From an uncultured Mycoplasma sp. (GTDB taxonomy: Bacteria; Bacillota_I; Bacilli_A; RF39; UBA660), in the NCBI GenBank assembly GCA_946554525.1, contig CAMNSE010000004.1, positions 8,177-72,176 of the forward strand: 64,000 nucleotides of DNA, in the 5' to 3' direction. The position numbers were made by a program, and so were the translations under genes. Each line of letters begins with the position of its first letter. Position 1 is the first letter of the stretch. A model generated the notes under the pieces. The model worked only from the letters and a program-made list of their open reading frames with translations. It was not told the origin of the DNA and did no database searches. Shown here piece by piece: positions 9,869 to 19,373 of the stretch.

Positions 9869-9897
9869 CAGAATATTATCAGGTTGATAATATTCTG
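9869..9897. promoter_or_regulatory. perfect 12-bp-arm palindrome (candidate operator or insulating hairpin)
   Basis: CAGAATATTATC-AGGTT-GATAATATTCTG. It overlaps the predicted tmcAL promoter (minus strand, TTATCA-17-TATAAT) and lies 20 nt upstream of the poly-G promoter -35. Confidence 0.45.
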
Positions 9898-9917
9898 TTA
9901 TGCAGTTTACAAAATAA

Positions 9918-9946
9918 TTGACTTCGGGGGGGGGGTATGCTATTAT
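9918..9946 (+). promoter_or_regulatory. sigma-A-type promoter with a G10 tract in the spacer (17-nt spacer)
   Basis: TTGACT (9918-9923), TC, G10 (9926-9935), TATGC, TATTAT (9941-9946). The TGC before TATTAT makes it an extended -10. The cassette is conserved at 21069 and 62782 with different G counts. Confidence 0.7.
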
Positions 9947-9974
9947 AAATATATAATAGAAAAGAGTTGATAAT

Positions 9975-11345
9975 ATGAAGTTTGAGACATTAAGAAAAGA
10001 TAATCGTAAGAAATGGATAGTAGGAGTTATAGCAATACTGGCTATAACATCGGTAGTATTCTTTGTATCAACTAGAGCAAATTATAAAACAGAACAAAGA
10101 TTAAATTTAATAAATACGAAAGTTAATTGGAATCCAACAGATTTAGAAATAGTGTCTATTAAACTAAAAGCTGGAGATAACTATACAGATACTAATACAG
10201 TACCAACAAGTGGATATACATTAAGTGATGAATCATATTGTGAAGTAAATGGAAGTAGAGATACAAGTATTCCTATGGAGTACAAAGATGGTAAAGTGAG
10301 TATTGGAGTAAGCAACAAAGGAACGAAGTGCTATTTAATATTTAATACTAAAACTCCTGTAGCAGCCGAAATAATACTTGCTAATAAAACTGTAGAAGAA
10401 AGAACAGATTTCAGTTCAGCATTAACAGAAAATACAACTGGAAAGATATATAAAACACAAGATGATGATGGAGATACATACTATTTTGCTGGGTCTGTAG
10501 ATAATAACTGGGTACAATTTGGAGCAGAAAATGGAAGCTCAATATATTGGCGAATAATAAGAATAAATGGTGATGGAACAATAAGATTAATCTATAATGG
10601 AACAAGTATGGTACAAACAGGAACATCAACTCAAATAAATGAAACAACATATAAGTTCTCAGCTACAAATGCTACAGGAACTCCAAGTTTTACTTATGCT
10701 AAAGATAATGCCTATGTAGGATATATGCGTGGAACAGCAGGGTCAAGCACATATGATGCAACACATACAAATACAATTAGTAGTTATGCAAAGCAAATTG
10801 TAGATGAATGGTATAGTACAAATCTAAATAAGACAGGAATCAAAGAGAAGATATCAACAAATACCGGATTTTGTGGAGATAGAACAAGCAATACAAATAG
10901 TAGTGCAGAACCTAATGGAACCGGAGGATACGGAACTACAAAAACATATTACGGAGCATTTTACAGATTATATACAAATAAAGCACCAAGCTTAAGATGC
11001 ACAAATGCAAATGATTTATATACAGTAAGTAGTGCAAATAAAGGAAATAAAGCCTTAACATATCCAGTAGCTCTAATAACAGCGGATGAGGTAGCATATG
11101 CCGGAGGAACAAAGGCAAGCGGTAATAGTTTATATTATTTAAATACAAATCAATATTATTGGACAATGTCTCCTTCTACCTTTAATGGGAGTTATGCGAT
11201 CATGTTTTCTGTGCACTTGGATGGTATACTAGACTCCCGCAACGTGTACCTTGCAAGCGGCCTTCGTCCAGTTATTAACTTAAAAGCTGATACTAAACTT
11301 ATAGGAGATGGGACAACTACCAGTCCATATACTGTAGAAGTATAG
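9975..11345 (+). CDS. membrane-anchored surface protein, poly-G-promoter family member 1
   Basis: N-terminal basic stretch plus a transmembrane segment (KKWIVGVIAILAITSVVFFVS). The extracellular part shares YWRIIRINGDGTIRLIYNG, FCGDR, ITADEVAYAGG, YYWTMSPS and LRPVINLK...GDGT...PY with the gene at 62835. The C-terminal domain architecture is shared with 21125-22651. Confidence 0.8.
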   Translation: MKFETLRKDNRKKWIVGVIAILAITSVVFFVSTRANYKTEQRLNLINTKVNWNPTDLEIVSIKLKAGDNYTDTNTVPTSGYTLSDESYCEVNGSRDTSIPMEYKDGKVSIGVSNKGTKCYLIFNTKTPVAAEIILANKTVEERTDFSSALTENTTGKIYKTQDDDGDTYYFAGSVDNNWVQFGAENGSSIYWRIIRINGDGTIRLIYNGTSMVQTGTSTQINETTYKFSATNATGTPSFTYAKDNAYVGYMRGTAGSSTYDATHTNTISSYAKQIVDEWYSTNLNKTGIKEKISTNTGFCGDRTSNTNSSAEPNGTGGYGTTKTYYGAFYRLYTNKAPSLRCTNANDLYTVSSANKGNKALTYPVALITADEVAYAGGTKASGNSLYYLNTNQYYWTMSPSTFNGSYAIMFSVHLDGILDSRNVYLASGLRPVINLKADTKLIGDGTTTSPYTVEV

Positions 11346-11413
11346 TAAAGAGATTTAAGAGAGTTATTGCTCTTTTTCTTTTGGTTTAGTATAATTAATA
11401 TGGATGGTGGCTT

Positions 11414-11899
11414 ATGATTATAGAATTAAATAAATTAAATAATGCTAAAGAAATTATTTTAGATGATGATTTTACATTAGATTTAAAAAAATATGAAAAT
11501 CATGAAATATTAGATTTAAAAAATTTACATGTTACTGGTAGAATTTTTTATAATGCGCTAGATTTACTAGAGTTTGATTTAACAGTAAGTGGGGTAATGT
11601 TATTAAAAGATAGTGTTACTTTAGAAGAAATTGAATATTCTTTTAATAGTGAAACTGAGGAAGAATATGATTTAAATGATGCTTTTTTTGAAGAAAGTTA
11701 TCAAAAAGCACAAAATACACTTGATATTTCGGAGATTTTGTGGGAAAATATTGTTCTGGAAGTTCCTATACGACTAACCAAGTGCCATGATGCTAATTTA
11801 AAAGGTGATGGTTGGAGTTTAGGCGATAGTAAAAATGAAGAAGAGATTGATCCAAGATTAGCTAAATTAAATGAGCTATTAGGAGAAAGGGAGGAGTGA
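11414..11899 (+). CDS. YceD/YlbN (DUF177) family protein
   Basis: Acidic protein of about 160 aa immediately upstream of rpmF, which is the conserved ylbN-rpmF arrangement. Confidence 0.65.
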   Translation: MIIELNKLNNAKEIILDDDFTLDLKKYENHEILDLKNLHVTGRIFYNALDLLEFDLTVSGVMLLKDSVTLEEIEYSFNSETEEEYDLNDAFFEESYQKAQNTLDISEILWENIVLEVPIRLTKCHDANLKGDGWSLGDSKNEEEIDPRLAKLNELLGEREE

Positions 11900-11903
11900 A
11901 ATC

Positions 11904-12089
11904 ATGGCAGTTCCTTTTAGAAGAACTAGTAAAACTAAAAAAAGAATGCGTCGTACTCATTTAAAAAAGACAGTAGGAGCGCTTACAACATGTCCTAAAT
12001 GTGGAGAAGCATTAAGACCTCACCGTGCATGCACGAAATGTGGTTACTACAAGAATGAAGAAGTAGTAAAAGTTGCAACTGAAGAATAA
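11904..12089 (+). CDS. rpmF: 50S ribosomal protein L32
   Basis: [19 protein letters not shown]... with a CPKCGE...CTKCGYY zinc ribbon. Confidence 0.95.
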   Translation: MAVPFRRTSKTKKRMRRTHLKKTVGALTTCPKCGEALRPHRACTKCGYYKNEEVVKVATEE

Positions 12090-12093
12090 ATTT

Positions 12094-12118
12094 AAGTTAG
12101 AGAAATCTAACTTTTTTT
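12094..12118 (+). terminator. rho-independent terminator
   Basis: AAGTTAGA-GAAA-TCTAACTT followed by a T run. Confidence 0.7.
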
Positions 12119-12189
12119 CTTTTTACTAATAATTGATTAAATAATATTTTTATGATATACTAAATTTATTATAAAGGGAGTGTATATAA

Positions 12190-14397
12190 ATGAAATATGA
12201 TGATCTAGAAAGTACTCAAGATTTATTTGATACAGTAGATGTTCCAACCCCAATTAGGGATATTGAAATGGAAGGAGCTAGCAAAGAAGATATAACTGAT
12301 GAGTTAGGTCTTGTTAGTGATAATGCTAGTGATGCTGTAGGGCCTATGAAGGAAGAAAAAGTAGAATCATTAATTAAAGAAAAGAAAAGTTTTAAAGATA
12401 AATGGAATGATATGTCTAAAAAGAAAAAAGTTATTTTAATTGTAAGTATAGTTGTTTTATTGCTTATTGTTATTGGTCTTATTTTATTCTTTGTTCTAAA
12501 AAGTGATAAAAAGCCTAAAACTAATGATGGAGGTACTAAAGCTCCAGAAGTTATCGTAGAAAAAGAAAATTATATCTATCAAGATGGTGTTTTAAAGTTA
12601 TTAGATGATAAAGAAAAAGAGCTTGGTACTTATGAATGTAAAAATAAAGAAGAAAAACTATGTTATGTAGTAAATTATAGTGATGAAGACACTTTTGATA
12701 TAGAAAAAAATGTTTTTGAAGATGAAAGTGTTATTCCAAGAGGAACAAAAATTTATTTTGATCGTTATGTATTTATATATGATAATGAAAAAGCAGTTAA
12801 TGGCACAATTATTTTATATGATATAGCTACTTCTGAAGAAAAAGGAGAGTATTCTTTAGTAAAAGGATTTGCTGATTCAAATGAAGTAATCTTAAAAGAC
12901 TTAGAAGATAATTATGGAATGCTTGAGTTTAGTGATGGAGATATAAAAGAAAAAGTGTCATTTGCATTCGATTATTTAGGTACTATTAATAAAGATAGTA
13001 ATTTAGTTGGAAAAACTAAAAATAAATATGGCATTTATGATAAAACTGGAAAAGCTGTTAGTGCTACATTTAGTGGTGAGATTAAAAACTTTAATGAAAG
13101 TTATATAGTAGTTAGCCAAGATGATAAATATAATGTTTATGATTATAAAGGAAAGAAAGTATTTAGCAGTGATTATGATTATATTAGACTTTATAATGAT
13201 TTTGCAGTTTTAATTAAAGATAGTAAGTTATATATTCGTGATTATAAAGATCAAAAATATATGGAAGATGGAATAGAAATTGAGGCCGATACTTATAATA
13301 CTCTTAATATTTATGATGAAGATAAAGTAAAAAAAGAAACAAAAGAAGCTTTCCGCATAGATTTTAATGGTGATGAACTTGATATTGTTTATAAAGTAAA
13401 TAATAGAGAAAGAACTAAAACAATTAATTTAAAAGATGCTAGTTTAAGCGCTAATTTAAAATATTTGAGTTATCTAGATGGTAAATTATATTTCTATCAA
13501 GATGAAGAAAAACAAGAATTATTTGGTACATATACATGTACAAATAAAAATAGTGGAACTTTAAATAATTGTGTCATTGCAAGTGATGCGATATATGGTG
13601 ATAATGGTACAGAATCAGATAATAGTGCTAATGGATGGATACCAATATTTAATAGACAATATGTATTTATTTATGATTCTAATGATAAAAATGATCCGAC
13701 TGTTTTGTTATATGATTTAAAAACAAGTAAAGTATTAAGTAGATATGCAAGTGTTTCTACTGGAGTAGATGCTAAAGCCAAAGAATTAACATTTAAAAAT
13801 ACTAGTCAAACTTATATAATTGCTAAAAATAAAAATAATGAGTTCGGCATGATTCGTCTTGGTGGAGAAGTAAAAAGTGGAATTCCATTTGAGTATTCTT
13901 ACGTTAAAAAACTAAAAGATTATTATGTTGCACTTGATAATAATGGTAAATATTCTTTAATGACTGAAAATGGTTCTACATTAGCAAGTTCTATTGAAGA
14001 GAATATTATAGATTATAAAAATAATTATGTTATTACGCTAAATAATGATTTATATAATATTTATAGTTTTGCGGGGGATAAAATAACTTTAAAAGGATAT
14101 AAAAATGTATCTTTAGAAAGTGATTATTATACTGCTATTACAAGTGAAAATACTTTATTTATAGGAAAATATAGTTCTAATGATGATTATAAAATAGCTA
14201 AAGAGGATATTAAAGTAAGTAGTATTTCAGATTATAGTGTTGTTAAATCTGAAGGATACTTTAAAGTAACAATAAATAGCACTAATGAATCTTTCGAATT
14301 TGATATTAATACTGGTGAATTAAAGACTGATGAAGTGATACCAGATATTCCTGTAGATTCAAATGATAATAATGATAATCAAGGAACAGAAGAATAG
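12190..14397 (+). CDS. bitopic membrane protein with a large repeat-containing extracellular domain (hypothetical)
   Basis: Acidic cytoplasmic N-terminus, one transmembrane segment (VILIVSIVVLLLIVIGLILFFVL), and an extracellular region of about 630 aa with a two-fold internal duplication and many Y-x-[VI]YD-x-x-GK-like beta-repeat motifs. It lies directly upstream of ftsA. Confidence 0.7.
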   Translation: MKYDDLESTQDLFDTVDVPTPIRDIEMEGASKEDITDELGLVSDNASDAVGPMKEEKVESLIKEKKSFKDKWNDMSKKKKVILIVSIVVLLLIVIGLILFFVLKSDKKPKTNDGGTKAPEVIVEKENYIYQDGVLKLLDDKEKELGTYECKNKEEKLCYVVNYSDEDTFDIEKNVFEDESVIPRGTKIYFDRYVFIYDNEKAVNGTIILYDIATSEEKGEYSLVKGFADSNEVILKDLEDNYGMLEFSDGDIKEKVSFAFDYLGTINKDSNLVGKTKNKYGIYDKTGKAVSATFSGEIKNFNESYIVVSQDDKYNVYDYKGKKVFSSDYDYIRLYNDFAVLIKDSKLYIRDYKDQKYMEDGIEIEADTYNTLNIYDEDKVKKETKEAFRIDFNGDELDIVYKVNNRERTKTINLKDASLSANLKYLSYLDGKLYFYQDEEKQELFGTYTCTNKNSGTLNNCVIASDAIYGDNGTESDNSANGWIPIFNRQYVFIYDSNDKNDPTVLLYDLKTSKVLSRYASVSTGVDAKAKELTFKNTSQTYIIAKNKNNEFGMIRLGGEVKSGIPFEYSYVKKLKDYYVALDNNGKYSLMTENGSTLASSIEENIIDYKNNYVITLNNDLYNIYSFAGDKITLKGYKNVSLESDYYTAITSENTLFIGKYSSNDDYKIAKEDIKVSSISDYSVVKSEGYFKVTINSTNESFEFDINTGELKTDEVIPDIPVDSNDNNDNQGTEE

Positions 14398-14480
14398 ATA
14401 AAACTATTCTTTTTTTGATATAATCTATTGAAAAATATAGAAAGATAAAGTATAATTAAATAAGAAAATAGGAGGAGAAT

Positions 14481-15725
14481 ATGAGAAAGATTATTGCTAG
14501 TTTAGATATTGGTTCTTCTACAATTAAATTAATCGTTGGTGAGTATATAAAGAATCGTCTTCATATTCTATGTGTAAGTGAAGCTCCTAGTAAGGGAATT
14601 AAAAAAGGATTAATAGCTAATAAAGAAGAGGCAATACCTGCATTAAAAACTGTTTTTCATAAAGCCGAAGAAATGCTTGGGGTTCCTGTTACAGAAGTAG
14701 TCTTAGCAATTCCATCATATTATACCGAAAGTGTGATGAGTGAGGGCGTTACTACTATTACTAATGAGGATGGCGTAATAACACATCAAGACTTAGTGCG
14801 AGCTATGCAAGCTGCAAGTTATAATAAAATACCGGAAGATAGTGATTTAATAAGTATTATTCCTACTAGTTATAAAATTAATGATGATGAAATTGTTAAA
14901 AATCCGATTAATATGATAGCAAATAAATTAAGTATTAAAGCAGTGTTAATTACAAGTCCTAAAAGTATGGTAAATGAATTTGTTAAAGCACTTAGTAAAT
15001 CAGGTGTAACTGTTATAGATGTAATTGCTTCGCCAATAAGTGACTATTATGCTAACCGTACTAAACAAATGGCAAATGAAGTAGGTGCGGTTATTAATAT
15101 TGGGGAAGATACAACTACTGTTTCTATTTTAAATAAGGGAATTTTAACAAAATCGGAAATTATTGATTTGGGCGGTAGAAATATTGATAATGATATTGCT
15201 TATATTTATAAAATAACAAAAAAAGATGCAAGAGAGTTGAAAGAAAGCATTGGACTTGCTACAACCGATATGGCTAGAAGTGATGAAAAAGTTATATTAA
15301 CAGATCGAATTGGGGAAGAAATAGTTATAAATCAACGAAATTTAAGCGAGATTATCGAAAGCAGGTTAGAAGAAATATTAAATTTGGCTAAAAAACAAAT
15401 AAACCTCTTAACCAAAAGGGATATTTCCTATATCCTTGTAACAGGAGGAACATCAGAAATGGGAGATTTTCAATTTTTACTCGATAAAGTCTTTACTAAA
15501 ACTCATATTCTTGGTAAAATAGATTATATAGGTGTTAGAAACAATAAATATAGTACAGCAGTGGGAACAATTTGTTACTATAATGGACGCCTAAAATTAA
15601 AGAACAAGGAGTATTCAACTTTTAATCTTGATGAACTTGAGATTTTAAGTGGAACTCATAAAAAAGTAAATATTAATGAAAATTCCATTTTAGGAAAATT
15701 ATTTGGATATTTTTTTGATAATTAA
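14481..15725 (+). CDS. ftsA: cell division protein FtsA
   Basis: [15 protein letters not shown] actin-like ATPase N-terminus, GGTSEM motif, and a position immediately upstream of ftsZ. Confidence 0.95.
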   Translation: MRKIIASLDIGSSTIKLIVGEYIKNRLHILCVSEAPSKGIKKGLIANKEEAIPALKTVFHKAEEMLGVPVTEVVLAIPSYYTESVMSEGVTTITNEDGVITHQDLVRAMQAASYNKIPEDSDLISIIPTSYKINDDEIVKNPINMIANKLSIKAVLITSPKSMVNEFVKALSKSGVTVIDVIASPISDYYANRTKQMANEVGAVINIGEDTTTVSILNKGILTKSEIIDLGGRNIDNDIAYIYKITKKDARELKESIGLATTDMARSDEKVILTDRIGEEIVINQRNLSEIIESRLEEILNLAKKQINLLTKRDISYILVTGGTSEMGDFQFLLDKVFTKTHILGKIDYIGVRNNKYSTAVGTICYYNGRLKLKNKEYSTFNLDELEILSGTHKKVNINENSILGKLFGYFFDN

Positions 15726-15736
15726 GGAGAGTGCTT

Positions 15737-16813
15737 ATGAACGGATTAGAAATGGATCAAATTGCAAAGATTAAAGTTGTTGGAGTAGGCGGTGGCGGAA
15801 ACAATGCTGTTAACCGAATGATTGAAGAAGGAGTTAAAGGTGTAGAGTTTATTGTTGTAAATACTGATTTACAAGTGTTAAATGCCTCAAAGTGTGAGAA
15901 TAAGATACAAATAGGTTCTACAATTACTGAAGGTTTAGGAGCTGGAGCAAATCCTGAAATAGGAAGAGCAGCAGCTATTGAATCAAAAGTTGATTTAGAA
16001 GAAGCAATTAAAGGTGCTGACATGGTATTCATTGCTTGTGGTATGGGTGGTGGAACTGGTACTGGAGCTGCTCCCGTAATTGCAGAAATTGCTCAAGAAT
16101 CAGGTGCCTTAACAGTTGGTATTGTTACAAAGCCATTTAGATTTGAAGGAAAAAGAAGAATGGAAAATGCTCTTTTAGGACTAGAAGAGTTAAAGAAAAA
16201 TGTTGATACATTAATCGTTATTCCAAATGATAAATTAAGAGATATTATTGATAGAAATACATCATTCAAAGATGCATTTAAAGAAGTAGATAATGTTCTA
16301 CATCGTGGAGTACAATCAATTTCTGATTTAATTGCTGTTACAGGAATTATTAACTTAGACTTTGCTGATGTTAAAACAGTTATGCAAAAGAGTGGTACAG
16401 CTATTATTGGTATTGGATGCAATGCTGGAGAGAATAGAGCTATTGAGGCTGCTCGTCAAGCAGTTGCTAATTCTTTACTTGAAGCTACCATTGAAGGAGC
16501 TACTCAAGCAATCGTTAATGTTACAGGTGGTTCTAACTTAACATTATTTGAAATTGAAGATGCTGTTGAAACAGTTAGAGCTGCAGCTAATAATGATGTT
16601 AATATTATCTTTGGTGCTATTCAAAATGATAATTTAACTGACGAGGTTATTGTTACAGTTATTGCAACAGGATTTGAAAATCAAAGCGAAACTGATGAAA
16701 TGCTATTTTCTGAAGATGGAAAAATGCCTAAAAGAAGACAAGAAGTCGTAACAGAAAATCTAGATAATGAATATGATATTCCACCATTTTTAAGAAATAA
16801 TGATAGATTTTAA
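15737..16813 (+). CDS. ftsZ: cell division protein FtsZ
   Basis: Has [13 protein letters not shown] and the tubulin signature [14 protein letters not shown] 15737 lies 6 nt after AAGGAGA and is preferred over the GTG at 15731. Confidence 0.97.
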   Translation: MNGLEMDQIAKIKVVGVGGGGNNAVNRMIEEGVKGVEFIVVNTDLQVLNASKCENKIQIGSTITEGLGAGANPEIGRAAAIESKVDLEEAIKGADMVFIACGMGGGTGTGAAPVIAEIAQESGALTVGIVTKPFRFEGKRRMENALLGLEELKKNVDTLIVIPNDKLRDIIDRNTSFKDAFKEVDNVLHRGVQSISDLIAVTGIINLDFADVKTVMQKSGTAIIGIGCNAGENRAIEAARQAVANSLLEATIEGATQAIVNVTGGSNLTLFEIEDAVETVRAAANNDVNIIFGAIQNDNLTDEVIVTVIATGFENQSETDEMLFSEDGKMPKRRQEVVTENLDNEYDIPPFLRNNDRF

Positions 16814-16815
16814 TT

Positions 16816-16841
16816 AAGTACACTTAAAAGTGTACTTTTTA
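16816..16841 (+). terminator. rho-independent terminator
   Basis: Perfect 9-bp stem AAGTACACT/AGTGTACTT with a TAAA loop and a T run. Confidence 0.8.
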
Positions 16842-16934
16842 TAAATAAAGAGATATTAAAATGTAGTACAATATCTTTTTTCTTTTGCTTTGATATGATA
16901 TAATATTATTAAATGATAAGGAGATGAGATTTTT

Positions 16935-17942
16935 TTGAGTATAGTAAGATATGCCTTAAGTGGTAATATGAAAAGATTTAACGATGAACTTAAAAAAATA
17001 GCAAAGGAAGAAAATAAAAGTGTAATTTCACTTCAGTTTAAGTTTTTAAATTGTTTTCGCCTAATTGGATGTGGATATAGTGATTTCTTGAATTATGAAT
17101 TATATAAAAAAAGTAAAGAAGAAATTTTAGAGTATGTGTCTATAAAAGATCAAGATAAATTTTATGAGATTGTAAGTCCAGCAAGATATAAAACATTTTT
17201 TACAATTAAAACAAATTTTTTAAGAAATTTTAAAAAGTATATTAATCGTGATTTTTTCGATAAAGGAACAAAGATAGAATTAAAAAAGTTTTTAGATGAT
17301 CATGAAGAATTTATGATGAAGCCTTATGATGGATTAGGCGGCCATGGAGTAGAAAAAATAAATCGTAATGATATAGAAGATTTTGATACTTTTTACGACA
17401 AATTAATTAATGAAAATTACTTTTTAGAAGAATATGTTGTTCAAAATAAAAAAATTAATAAAATTTGTAGTGAGAGTGTTAATACAATTAGAATGATGAC
17501 TTTTTGCTACCAAGATGAAGCTTTTATTTTATATGCTGCTATGCGTTTTGGAAATGGAGTAGCTCATGTTGATAATTTTCATCAAGGAGGAATGGGAGTT
17601 TCAATAGATTTAGAAACCGGCAAATTAGTAGGGAAAGCATTTAATAAAAATTTAGAATACTTTGATAAACATCCCAAATCGAAAGTTAAATTTGACGGTT
17701 TTCAAATTCCTCATTGGGAATATATTAAACAGATGGCTCTAGAAGCAGCTAAAGTAAATAAAAATATTCATGTTGTGGGATGGGATATTGCTGTTACAGA
17801 AGATGGAGCAACTTTTATTGAAGGAAATAGGAGACCTGGATTTGATATGGTTCAAGTTTTATCAAAAAGAGGTAGAAAAGATTTAATGCGTAAATGCTTA
17901 GATATTATTAATGAAAAAGAAGGGACTAAATATAAAATATGA
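16935..17942 (+). CDS. sugar-transfer-associated ATP-grasp family protein
   Basis: TTG start after AAGGAGATG. Motifs MKPYDGLGGHGV, NFHQGGMGVSIDLETGK, HPKS...GFQIPHW and GWDIAVTEDGATFIEGN fit the ATP-grasp family that accompanies glycosyltransferases. Confidence 0.65.
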   Translation: MSIVRYALSGNMKRFNDELKKIAKEENKSVISLQFKFLNCFRLIGCGYSDFLNYELYKKSKEEILEYVSIKDQDKFYEIVSPARYKTFFTIKTNFLRNFKKYINRDFFDKGTKIELKKFLDDHEEFMMKPYDGLGGHGVEKINRNDIEDFDTFYDKLINENYFLEEYVVQNKKINKICSESVNTIRMMTFCYQDEAFILYAAMRFGNGVAHVDNFHQGGMGVSIDLETGKLVGKAFNKNLEYFDKHPKSKVKFDGFQIPHWEYIKQMALEAAKVNKNIHVVGWDIAVTEDGATFIEGNRRPGFDMVQVLSKRGRKDLMRKCLDIINEKEGTKYKI

Positions 17943-19093
17943 AAGTATTAGTTATCCCTACATGGTATCCAAATGGTGCTGATAAATTAATGGGAATTTA
18001 TCATAAAGAATTCACAGAAGCTTTAAATAATCATGGAATTCTAGCTAACATGCTTTTCATTGATAGACAAAGGCTTAGTAAACCTCTTAAATATCTTTTT
18101 ATGAAAAAAAGTGAGATAATAAAAGAATCAAATTATGAAGTATATATAAAAAGAATGTTAAACTATGCGCCAATTAATTTTGATTTCCAAATGAAGTTTT
18201 ATGCTAGAAAAATGGAAAAAGCTTTTAAGAAATATATTAAAATATATGGCAAACCTGATGTAATTCATGCTCATGTAATAGTTCCTGCAGGGGTCGCAGC
18301 GTGTATGATTGGTAAGAAATACCATATACCTGTAGTCGTAACAGAACATTGTGGAGATTTAGAACGATTCTTTAGCAAAGAACCATATAAGAAATATAGT
18401 AATTTTGTATTAAAAAATAGTGTATATTCATGTGTTAGTAGTTATATGAAAGATATAATAAATAAATATCATAAAGATATTTATTTACTTCCTAATACTG
18501 TAAATATCAACATTTTTAGTAATCAAGTAAAAAGAAAAGTAAAAGATGAATTTCGTTTTGTTATAGTATGTGCTCTTAGAGATGGGAAAAAAATCGATGT
18601 GGCACTAGAAGCTTTAAATATATTAAGAAATGAAAATATAAATGTTCATTTAGATATTATAGGATCAGGTTTTTTAGAAGATTATTATAAAAAGGTATGT
18701 CATGATTTAAATCTTGATGATATTGTTACATTCATGGGTCAAAAGTCAAAACCTGAAATAGCCGAAATTTTTAAAAAAGAGCATGCTCTTATTATTAGTA
18801 GTGAGTTAGAGAGTTTTGCTATTCCTGGTATAGAAGCTCTTGCTAGTGGAATGCCTGTTGTATCTACTGATTGCTTAGGACCACGTATGTTTATTAATAA
18901 AAGTACGGGTATTTTATGTAAAGTAAATGATAAAAAAGATTTAGCTCGTTCTATGAAGTATTTGATTAATCATTATAATGAATATGATTCAAATAATATC
19001 AGGGATTTTGCCAAAAAGTTTGGTGAAGATGAAGTAGTAAAAACTGCTGTTAACTTATATGAACTTGCCATAAATAAAGTAAATGATAACTAG
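17939..19093 (+). CDS. glycosyltransferase family 4 (GT-B)
   Basis: Overlaps the ATP-grasp gene through ATGA. The C-terminal ELESFAIPGIEALASGMPVVSTD is the GT4 E-x7-E region. Confidence 0.75.
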   Translation: MKVLVIPTWYPNGADKLMGIYHKEFTEALNNHGILANMLFIDRQRLSKPLKYLFMKKSEIIKESNYEVYIKRMLNYAPINFDFQMKFYARKMEKAFKKYIKIYGKPDVIHAHVIVPAGVAACMIGKKYHIPVVVTEHCGDLERFFSKEPYKKYSNFVLKNSVYSCVSSYMKDIINKYHKDIYLLPNTVNINIFSNQVKRKVKDEFRFVIVCALRDGKKIDVALEALNILRNENINVHLDIIGSGFLEDYYKKVCHDLNLDDIVTFMGQKSKPEIAEIFKKEHALIISSELESFAIPGIEALASGMPVVSTDCLGPRMFINKSTGILCKVNDKKDLARSMKYLINHYNEYDSNNIRDFAKKFGEDEVVKTAVNLYELAINKVNDN

Positions 19094-19188
19094 TAAACAT
19101 AAAAAAATTAGTGTATAATTATAAATACGCAATTATTTTCGACATTTTATTGTTAATATTTATGCTACATTATTAAGTGGTGAAGATA

Positions 19189-19362
19189 ATGAAAGTAAAA
19201 GTAATTGATGAATCTCATGAGAGTGATTTAGAAGCAAGTATAAATAAATTTTTAAGTACATTAGAAGGTGAAGTAGTTGATATTAAATTTTCTACGGCAA
19301 TTTCTATTTTTGGTGAAGAACAAGTTTATTGTTTTACAGCAATGATTATATACACAAGTTAG
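19189..19362 (+). CDS. Cse60-like small sporulation-associated protein
   Basis: MKVKVIDESHESDLEASINKFL...VYCFTAMIIY resembles B. subtilis Cse60/YteV as I remember it. ATG 19189 follows GGTGA. Confidence 0.5.
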   Translation: MKVKVIDESHESDLEASINKFLSTLEGEVVDIKFSTAISIFGEEQVYCFTAMIIYTS

Positions 19363-19373
19363 AGGTGAAATAA

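Noticed and set aside
10411-10650. An 79-aa minus-strand ORF with a near-identical twin at 63271-63510. At first sight these look like a conserved antisense gene.
   Set aside because: Both lie antisense inside the paralogous surface-protein genes. Their similarity simply mirrors the sense-strand paralogy. The products are low-complexity L/F/H-rich, and neither ORF has an RBS.
15757-16422. Two minus-strand ORFs (15757-16032 and 16093-16422) inside ftsZ.
   Set aside because: They are antisense shadows within one of the most conserved genes in the window, and their composition is not protein-like.
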